From Thermoproteota archaeon (lineage in GTDB: Archaea > Asgardarchaeota > Njordarchaeia > Njordarchaeales > Panguiarchaeaceae), in contig JANJXX010000001.1 in assembly GCA_024720975.1 (NCBI GenBank), forward strand, positions 1 through 63,397: a stretch of DNA of 63,397 nucleotides, read 5' to 3'. Position 1 is the first letter of the stretch. Each line of letters begins with the position of its first letter. The translations under genes were made by a program, and so were the position numbers. Shown one piece after another: positions 56,791 through 63,397 of the stretch. Below the pieces are notes generated by a model. It saw only the letters and a list, made by a program, of their open reading frames with translations, had not been told where the DNA came from and did not search any database.

Positions 56791-57573
56791 CTAGCCACTT
56801 TCATTACAGACTTGAATGTGCGAACAGAATGAGCCCAAATGAATCAAATTCTCAGTTACCAGTCTTTGCGCATACTCTAAGTCATCAATAAAGTCTACTT
56901 CTGTCCACAGAAGTCCCCCGGTGAAAACGAAATCTACTTCCCTAATCCTCGAAAGCTCCCTAAACAGTAGATCATAATACGCATTCTTATCTTTGCGTAT
57001 TATTTGTTCAAGAATACTAATCGCTAGCTCAAGATCCTCCCTGCAAATTTTAGCCAGGCCTATGTACTCTCCTGATGATGATTCTATGCTTATGTCTTTT
57101 CCCATATCTACTATAATATTACCCTTAATGAGAACTTTGAAGGACTCCTTCGTTAGTGTCTTAAAGTTATCTATAACGATCGCTGTCTTTGACGTTTGAA
57201 TAAGTTTTTCGAGAACTCTATAGTCGAATACTATGTCGCCATTGACAACTACTATATCATCCATCTCACTTAAGCTTCGGAGAGCAATATACAAGGAAAC
57301 GCCCGTATTCGTAGTTTCGAACTCTTTGTTTTCTACATATTGTATTGAGTCAAACTTTGCATATATGGAATTGTTGCTGACGTACTCTCTGATAGCTTCT
57401 GACGCATGACCAACGACCATAGTGATGTTCCTTATCCCGGCACTAAGTAGGTTACAACATATCAAGTCAATAATTCTTACGCCTTCCTTAAGTTTTAGCA
57501 GCGCTTTAGGGACATCGTTTGTCAGTGGCCTGAGCCTTTTACCTAGTCCTGCAACAAGTATTATCGCGCGCAT
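56791..57573 (-). CDS. Cytidylyltransferase-like NTP transferase (LicC/phosphocholine cytidylyltransferase family)
   Basis: AIILVAGLGKRL...PKALL, TNTGVSL, NGDIVFD, GEYIG, WTEVDFIDDL. Confidence 0.85.
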   Translation of the reverse strand: MRAIILVAGLGKRLRPLTNDVPKALLKLKEGVRIIDLICCNLLSAGIRNITMVVGHASEAIREYVSNNSIYAKFDSIQYVENKEFETTNTGVSLYIALRSLSEMDDIVVVNGDIVFDYRVLEKLIQTSKTAIVIDNFKTLTKESFKVLIKGNIIVDMGKDISIESSSGEYIGLAKICREDLELAISILEQIIRKDKNAYYDLLFRELSRIREVDFVFTGGLLWTEVDFIDDLEYAQRLVTENLIHLGSFCSHIQVCNESG

Positions 57574-57575
57574 TC

Positions 57576-58574
57576 TTAGTCATCGTACATCTCTTTTATT
57601 TGCTTCCAGAGTTTAAGAAATTCCTTGTGTGGTCTCTGTCTTAGTATGACTACATTATAAACAAACTCCAAAACTGGAAATTTCATCATCCACCTATTAG
57701 TTAGATCAAAAAAGGCTCTTACTGACTTTATGCCCTCTAGGATTACTGAGCTGGTATCAGTGTTCCCTAACATCTCTTTCCCAGCTATGAAACCTAACAC
57801 CCTATTCCTACTCTTATCAGAGTTTGATGTAAGGCACAAATCTCCAAAACCACTACTTAGAAAGAGAGTCTCGACTCTCCCTCCAAGCCTTGTGATGATG
57901 TCCTTCATCTCTCTAAAAGCCTCAGTAAGAATGAAGTAATACGCATTCTCATTGATCCCAATGGCATCAAGGATTCCCATTGCAATTGCATACACGTTCT
58001 TCAAAGAACCACTGAGTTCGACACCAATAACATCATCAGACGTCTGAACAATGAAATTCTCACTATGCAACAAACTTTTAAGAGTTTTAAGGACGCTTTG
58101 ATCCTCACTTGCAATAGTCGTACCAGATAGGAGTCCCCTGACGATCTCAGATGCAAAGTTTGGTCCTGACATTATGGCGAGTTTTATGTCCTCACCGAGG
58201 ATTTCTCTGATTAACTCACTTAGTCTCTTAAATGGAGGATAATTGATGCCTTTAGCTACGCTTACAATTATTGGATTGCTATTTCCTATAAGGTTTCGGA
58301 TAGCTGTGCATGTCTCCCTAATAGCATGAGAGGGTACGGATAAGAACAAAACATCAGACTTCGTGCACTCTTCTAGAGAAGCCGTTGCGCGGACGTTTGA
58401 AGGAAGCTTTATACCAGGGAAATAATCGGCATTTTCCTTATCTTCATTGATGCTTCTTATGACCTCTTCACGTCTTGCCCACATAGTAACGCTGTATCCC
58501 CGCTCACCCAGTATCTTAGCAAGTGCCGTAGCGATAGAACCTGCTCCTATTATACCTATGTTTGATTCAGGCAT
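57576..58574 (-). CDS. gpsA: NAD(P)H-dependent glycerol-3-phosphate dehydrogenase
   Basis: GIIGAGS, VAKGI, SGPNFA, GSLKNVYAI, GFGDLCLT..SDKSRN, LEG. Confidence 0.92.
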   Translation of the reverse strand: MPESNIGIIGAGSIATALAKILGERGYSVTMWARREEVIRSINEDKENADYFPGIKLPSNVRATASLEECTKSDVLFLSVPSHAIRETCTAIRNLIGNSNPIIVSVAKGINYPPFKRLSELIREILGEDIKLAIMSGPNFASEIVRGLLSGTTIASEDQSVLKTLKSLLHSENFIVQTSDDVIGVELSGSLKNVYAIAMGILDAIGINENAYYFILTEAFREMKDIITRLGGRVETLFLSSGFGDLCLTSNSDKSRNRVLGFIAGKEMLGNTDTSSVILEGIKSVRAFFDLTNRWMMKFPVLEFVYNVVILRQRPHKEFLKLWKQIKEMYDD

Positions 58575-58763
58575 CGTAAAACGCCGGTGCGACTCAAGCC
58601 CATGTCGGTGTATGGCTTGAACTGGGCAAAACGTATGTCTAAAGCTCTACAACTCAAAAACTTTTTATATACCTGAGCTAGTGCGCTTTCCTAACTTTGT
58701 CAATCAAAAAGCAATTTTTCAGTAGATCTTATGCATCATAGAATGTGGTTATAAGTCCTTCAA

Positions 58764-60062
58764 GTGGTTCTGATGATCAAGAAAAAGCTTGTGGAGTTTA
58801 TTACTGATAAGTTCTCTCTTGAAAGAAGTAGAGTATTCAAAGAGACCTATGCCTCAATGCTCGAAAGCGGATTACTTCGTCTGTTGCTTGTCTCGTATGC
58901 CTCCCATTTCTTTGATCTAAGATTCTGCAGTAATGATGCCAGACTGATACTATTTAAGAGCCACACGCATACTCTAACTGATAATGCTAAATATTTATTT
59001 CTCTACTTCCTGGAAAATCAATTGTACGATGATATTGCTTGGATTGCTTGCAATCTACAGACGTACTCATTGCTGAAGAATAAGGGTCTGCCAGTGCTAT
59101 ACTTCTCGTATAATGCTTACCGAAGAGCTAAAGCTATTGTCTCTACAATCACACCAGCAAGTTATGAACTTGTCGGCTGGCTCAAATATTTCTGTCTGTG
59201 GCATGGACTTCCCCTCAAATCTGCTCTATGGCTTAATAAGTATGATTACAGACTTTACAATCCTATTTACAGACTGTTGTATAAGGTGCTTGATCCAGCT
59301 CTATTCAGCTCCAATTTTTATCTGTTATCCCCGGATGGCACATTTAGGAAAGTGCTTAAGTGTATGTTCAATATAGAGGATAGGATGCTACTTTATGGTC
59401 CTTATCCGCGAAACATTGTCTTTTTAAGGCACATTAGGGGCGAAGAAATCAATGCCTTTAGTTCAGAGCAATTTCCGGATGGACTCAGAAAGGTACTATA
59501 TCTACCAACGTTCCGTGATTATGACCACAACCAAAACTTAGCTGAAATTCTACCGCTAAAGGAATTTAATGACCTGGCTATTAGCTATGATGCAGTAATA
59601 TTAATAAAGCCTCACTACTATGTAGACTATGCAAGTGCAATGCGTGTGCATAATAAATTTAGCCGGATAATTGTTCTGAGGGAGAGCAAAGATGTGTATC
59701 CCCTCTTGCGAGATGCTGAAGTACTAATTACCGATTATTCATCAGTGGCTTATGATTTCCTATACGCCGATAAGCCTATAATCTACTACATATATGACAT
59801 CGAGCAATATTTCAAATATAGGCCTGCGTTTGTACGCTTTGATTTACTGACTTCGGGTCCTAAGGTGCATTCTAAGGAGGACTTGTTGACTGCTCTGAGG
59901 AAAGCACTTGAAGGAGAAGATGAATTTAAGAAAGATAGAAAAATACTGAGAAAAATCGTCTGGGGAAGCTTTGCAGAGCTTAAGGAAGCTCACTTCCGTA
60001 ATCTAGCCGAGAGTATATTAAAAGTGGCAATAGAAGCGGAATTGGAGCCCAAGAGCACCTAG
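58764..60062 (+). CDS. CDP-glycerol glycerophosphotransferase (TagB/TagF family)
   Basis: DNAKYLF, LWHGLPLK, YPRN, LYLPTFRD, KPH, LITDYSSVAYDFL. Confidence 0.9.
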   Translation: MVLMIKKKLVEFITDKFSLERSRVFKETYASMLESGLLRLLLVSYASHFFDLRFCSNDARLILFKSHTHTLTDNAKYLFLYFLENQLYDDIAWIACNLQTYSLLKNKGLPVLYFSYNAYRRAKAIVSTITPASYELVGWLKYFCLWHGLPLKSALWLNKYDYRLYNPIYRLLYKVLDPALFSSNFYLLSPDGTFRKVLKCMFNIEDRMLLYGPYPRNIVFLRHIRGEEINAFSSEQFPDGLRKVLYLPTFRDYDHNQNLAEILPLKEFNDLAISYDAVILIKPHYYVDYASAMRVHNKFSRIIVLRESKDVYPLLRDAEVLITDYSSVAYDFLYADKPIIYYIYDIEQYFKYRPAFVRFDLLTSGPKVHSKEDLLTALRKALEGEDEFKKDRKILRKIVWGSFAELKEAHFRNLAESILKVAIEAELEPKST

Positions 60063-60119
60063 ATTTGTGTGTTTCGCACATTTTAGTGGGGAAATAACTG
60101 TTCTGGCCTTCACCGTGCT

Positions 60120-61139
60120 CTAGAGTATCTTACCGTTTTGTTCAATATCCTTAATTAGTTTATGCATCTCAAGTAGATGTTTATACCACTTAACTGTTAT
60201 TGTTTTCAAGTCATCCTTTATTATGCCTTCTTCAAGCGCTCGGTATATTTCTCTAGCACCATCTCTAACGGTGTATCTAGTCCTATAGTTTAGTTTCGTT
60301 TTTATCTTAGTGAAATCCACCTCATATGACCTACGATCCACCTGCCCACAGAACTCTATTCTACAAGGTTTTTCTATGGCACTTTTGATATCGTTTGCGA
60401 GATCAATGATCTTATAGTTCTGCTCATTACTTCCTACGTTGAATACTTCCCCATTTACCACTTCAGGCTCTGCTTCCATGACCTTCATGATGGCTTCACA
60501 AATGTCTCTTACGTGAACAAGAGGTCTTTTCTGCTGACCATCTCCCTCAACTATAATCACTCCCTCCTTATATAGGGACAGTGTCATGGCATTAACAACT
60601 AGGTCAAATCGCATTCTATGAGATAAACCATATGCCGTGGCGAATCGCAGTACGGTTACGATGAAGTCCCTGCTTGCGAGTGGTAAGATGTCTTTTTCTG
60701 CTAGTACAGCTGCTTTTGCGTAAGTTGTTAGCGGGTTAAGAGATGAATTCTCATTTACTACCCTCTCTTGAAATCCGTAGACACTACATGTTGATGCGAA
60801 AATATACCTACCAACTCTACACTCCTTACTCAATCTTGCTACACGAATTCTGCCTAGGTAATTTATATCATATGTTTTCATTGGATCAAGCTCGCCGGTG
60901 GGATCATTGGAAAGTGCTGCTAAGTCAATGACAATATCAACACCTTTTAATACATCCGGATTGAACCACCTTATGTCATCTCGAACCAGCTTGAAGTTAG
61001 GATTGTCCAATAACTCTTGTATAGATTCCAGACCAAAGAACAATCTATCTAAACAAATTACATCGTAGCCAGCATCAATGAGCATCCTTACGAGGACAGA
61101 ACCTATATAACCAGCTCCACCAGTGACCAAGACACGCAA
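60120..61139 (-). CDS. NAD-dependent epimerase/dehydratase (extended SDR)
   Basis: VTGGAGYIG, LAALSND, STCSVYG, YAKA (SDR Tyr; YxxxK Lys not conserved), RFDLVVN. Confidence 0.88.
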   Translation of the reverse strand: MRVLVTGGAGYIGSVLVRMLIDAGYDVICLDRLFFGLESIQELLDNPNFKLVRDDIRWFNPDVLKGVDIVIDLAALSNDPTGELDPMKTYDINYLGRIRVARLSKECRVGRYIFASTCSVYGFQERVVNENSSLNPLTTYAKAAVLAEKDILPLASRDFIVTVLRFATAYGLSHRMRFDLVVNAMTLSLYKEGVIIVEGDGQQKRPLVHVRDICEAIMKVMEAEPEVVNGEVFNVGSNEQNYKIIDLANDIKSAIEKPCRIEFCGQVDRRSYEVDFTKIKTKLNYRTRYTVRDGAREIYRALEEGIIKDDLKTITVKWYKHLLEMHKLIKDIEQNGKIL

Positions 61140-61192
61140 CTATGAGACCTCTGCTCAATTTAACTTGATTTAGATATAGGTATGTGCTAGCC

Positions 61193-61762
61193 TTAAAGCG
61201 GCTCATAGTTAAAATTTGTTTCGGCTTCTCTGAGAGACACACCCCCTTTGTCTTTATCACTAAGTATAACATTCTCTTTAATGGGCCAGTTGATCCCGAT
61301 TTCTGGATCATCCCAACGAATGCATCTCTCATGCATTGGAGAGTACTCCTTTGTAACTAGATAGAGCACAAGGGTATCGTCCTCTAGAGCCTGAAAACCA
61401 TGAGCAAAACCGGGTGGTATCCATAAAGCGTAGTGGTTCTCTTCGCTCAATTCCACAGCGACATATTTACCGAACCAAGGAGATCCTCGGCGGATATCTA
61501 CGGCAACATCAAATATTCTCCCTCTAACAACAGAGACTAGCTTCCCTTGTTCCATTGGCCTGAGCTGATAGTGAAGTCCTCTAACAACACCTTTACGCGA
61601 TTTGCTCAGGTTGACTTGAAAGAAGTCATATGAAATACCATTCGCAAAGAAGTCTGTTCTTTTATAAACCTCTTTGAAGAATCCCCTAATATCATTAAAG
61701 ACGATAGGCTCCACGAGAATTACATCTGGGATGTCCAATCTCTTGAACACTTTGAATGGCAT
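61193..61762 (-). CDS. rmlC: dTDP-4-dehydrorhamnose 3,5-epimerase
   Basis: DIRGFF, VRGLHYQ, DVAVDIR, PGFAHGF, LSDKD; start ATG 61762. Confidence 0.95.
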   Translation of the reverse strand: MPFKVFKRLDIPDVILVEPIVFNDIRGFFKEVYKRTDFFANGISYDFFQVNLSKSRKGVVRGLHYQLRPMEQGKLVSVVRGRIFDVAVDIRRGSPWFGKYVAVELSEENHYALWIPPGFAHGFQALEDDTLVLYLVTKEYSPMHERCIRWDDPEIGINWPIKENVILSDKDKGGVSLREAETNFNYEPL

Positions 61763-61813
61763 ACTTTCACCAGCTTCACTAAAATCAGAGATTTGCAATG
61801 AGTGTTAAATATA

Positions 61814-62725
61814 TTAGGACCGCCTTATAGTTTCCTCATATTCTCTTTTTAATATTTCTAATGCTAGCTCCGTGGAAAAGAACTCAGTCTTAAGTATTGC
61901 TCTCGTTCTATCGCAATTTAGGCTTGAGTCTCTTGGTCTCGGAGCTCTCCAAGTAAACTCATCCATGCTAGCTTTTTTGATAAGGTTTTTGTCGAAATTG
62001 AGTTTTTCAGCAATCCGGAGTGCGAATTCATATCTGCTCATCCTTTCACCTACAACATGAAATACACCCGTGAGTTCTCTTTCAGCAATTTCTAAAAGCG
62101 CTCCAGCGAGAAGTACACTGTTTGAGGGAGATAGGTATTGATCCACAAATGCGCTTACTACTTCGTTTTTAGATAGTTTCTCTATTAGAAGCTTAGCAAA
62201 GTTCTTCCTCCCGGGACCAAGACCATAGATAGCACTTGCTCGGACAACAGCCGACCTTTCTGTTGCTGAGAGTGTTGAAACTTCTCCGAGGAGTTTTGTC
62301 AAACCGTAGAAATTTATTGGGCGGGCCAAATCGTCTTCTTTGTAATTTCCGCGGGTCCCATCAAAGACGTAATCTGTTGAGAGATAGACTAGAAAAGCAT
62401 CTATCTTTCCTGCAATTTTTGCTATATTTTGGGTAGCCAGGTAGTTAGCTCTCCAAGCATACTCTTTATTCTCTTCGCAACCATCAACATCACCATACGC
62501 AGCTGTATGAAATATTACTTCTGGTTTGCTATCTTCTATAAATTTCCTAGTGGTCTCAAGATCTGTTATATCCATCCTAACCTTAGTCAGGTTCTCATGC
62601 TCAATTGGTATAGTGTTACTATAGTAAGTTGCCAGAACCTCATGACCTCTTCTTAGCGATTCCAACACCAATTTAAATCCGGGCTGTGAGCTAGCACCAG
62701 TTATTAAGAACTTCATTTGAATCAC
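61814..62725 (-). CDS. rmlD: dTDP-4-dehydrorhamnose reductase
   Basis: HTAAYGDVDGCE, STDYVFDG, YGLTKLLGE, APRPRDSSL. Confidence 0.92.
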   Translation of the reverse strand: MIQMKFLITGASSQPGFKLVLESLRRGHEVLATYYSNTIPIEHENLTKVRMDITDLETTRKFIEDSKPEVIFHTAAYGDVDGCEENKEYAWRANYLATQNIAKIAGKIDAFLVYLSTDYVFDGTRGNYKEDDLARPINFYGLTKLLGEVSTLSATERSAVVRASAIYGLGPGRKNFAKLLIEKLSKNEVVSAFVDQYLSPSNSVLLAGALLEIAERELTGVFHVVGERMSRYEFALRIAEKLNFDKNLIKKASMDEFTWRAPRPRDSSLNCDRTRAILKTEFFSTELALEILKREYEETIRRS

Positions 62726-62837
62726 AAGGTAAGATGATTTATTGAAGGACCTTCACAGTCCTTAAATTTTTAATTTACTTACCCTACTTATATGCCAAAG
62801 CCGCAGTGCTGACGTAATATAAGCCATGGCGGGGATC

Positions 62838-63397
62838 ATGAAAGGACTCATACTCGTTGCTGGGAAAGGTGTACGACTTCGACCGCTAACCTACACCGAA
62901 CCAAAACACCTAATCCCGCTTGCTGGTAAACCAATGATGCAATATGCTATAGAGCACTTGATAGACGCTGGAGTGAAAGAAATCGGCATCGTCGTAGGCT
63001 ACATGAAGGACTTAATCATTAGAAAATTTGGTGATGGCTCACAGTTTAATGCAAAGTTTGAATATATTATTCAGGAACCCCAGATGGGGATTGCTCACGC
63101 AATAAAAGCCTCACAGGAGTACATAGGAGATGGCCCCTTTGTTGTGTATCTTGGCGATAACATTTTTAAGGAGGGCATAAGAAGATATGTTAAAGAGTTT
63201 GAATCCAATGATTGCGATGCAATGATCCTTCTAACACATGTCGAAAACCCTACATCCTTTGGTGTTGTAGAGCTTAAGGATGGAAAAATTGTTAGACTTG
63301 TCGAAAAGCCCAAAGTCCCACCAAGCAATTATGCTCTTGTGGGCGTATATTTCTTCACAGAGTCAATATTCAGGGCGATAGATAACATTAGACCCTC
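62838..63397 (+). CDS. rmlA: Glucose-1-phosphate thymidylyltransferase (3'-truncated; absent from the ORF track)
   Basis: Translated by eye: MKGLILVAGKGVRLRPLTYTEPKHLIPLAGKP...QEPQMGIAHAI...YLGDN...FGVV...VEKP; runs off the window end. Confidence 0.9.
   Translation, partial: MKGLILVAGKGVRLRPLTYTEPKHLIPLAGKPMMQYAIEHLIDAGVKEIGIVVGYMKDLIIRKFGDGSQFNAKFEYIIQEPQMGIAHAIKASQEYIGDGPFVVYLGDNIFKEGIRRYVKEFESNDCDAMILLTHVENPTSFGVVELKDGKIVRLVEKPKVPPSNYALVGVYFFTESIFRAIDNIRP

Noticed and set aside
57576-58574. Evidence for bacterial-type membrane lipids
   Set aside because: Context (cytidylyltransferase, TagF-like, rml genes) points to glycan decoration; no acyltransferases seen
270-63328. Numerous short ORFs antisense to or nested in called genes (e.g. 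1524-2162, 2472-3062, 6154-6699, 38769-39221, 40150-40620, 63095-63328)
   Set aside because: Shadow ORFs with Ser/Ile/Leu-rich composition, no motifs and full overlap with well-supported genes

Overview
Chromosomal window of an archaeon, probably thermophilic and plausibly Asgard-related. Archaeal markers include aEF-1beta, Taw1, sulfide-type Thi4, HemK2, box C/D sRNAs and GGTGA/GGAGG ribosome-binding sites. The Asgard suggestion rests on surface proteins with cytoplasmic longin/roadblock-like tails and is an inference. The main feature is a ~14 kb minus-strand block with two parts. (i) A tightly coupled 10-gene operon (48387-39464) encodes two ESCRT-III-like proteins, an MIT-AAA Vps4/CdvC-like ATPase, a SNAP/TPR-like protein, a polytopic membrane protein, a Zn-ribbon + FG-GAP propeller, an SPFH-like protein, a tandem winged-helix (UFL1/ESCRT-II-like) protein and two paralogues of an unrecognised helical family. 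(ii) One gene (deoC) away lies a coupled four-gene ubiquitin-like conjugation operon (38504-34483): Ubl ending -RVG, E2-like, JAB, and a two-domain E1. Other notable items: a threonine-synthase pseudoenzyme fused to a wHTH domain and divergent from a B6-type ECF transporter; three box C/D sRNAs absent from the ORF track, one complementary to the 16S anti-SD; a GH2 glycosidase with transmembrane helices inserted in its catalytic barrel; a degenerate ABC-ATPase; a HEPN-MNT pair; and a surface-glycan locus (Sat, AlkP-family, GpsA, cytidylyltransferase, TagF-like, rml genes). I saw no tRNA, rRNA, CRISPR array or intact transposase. All family calls come from motif recognition by eye; no searches were run.
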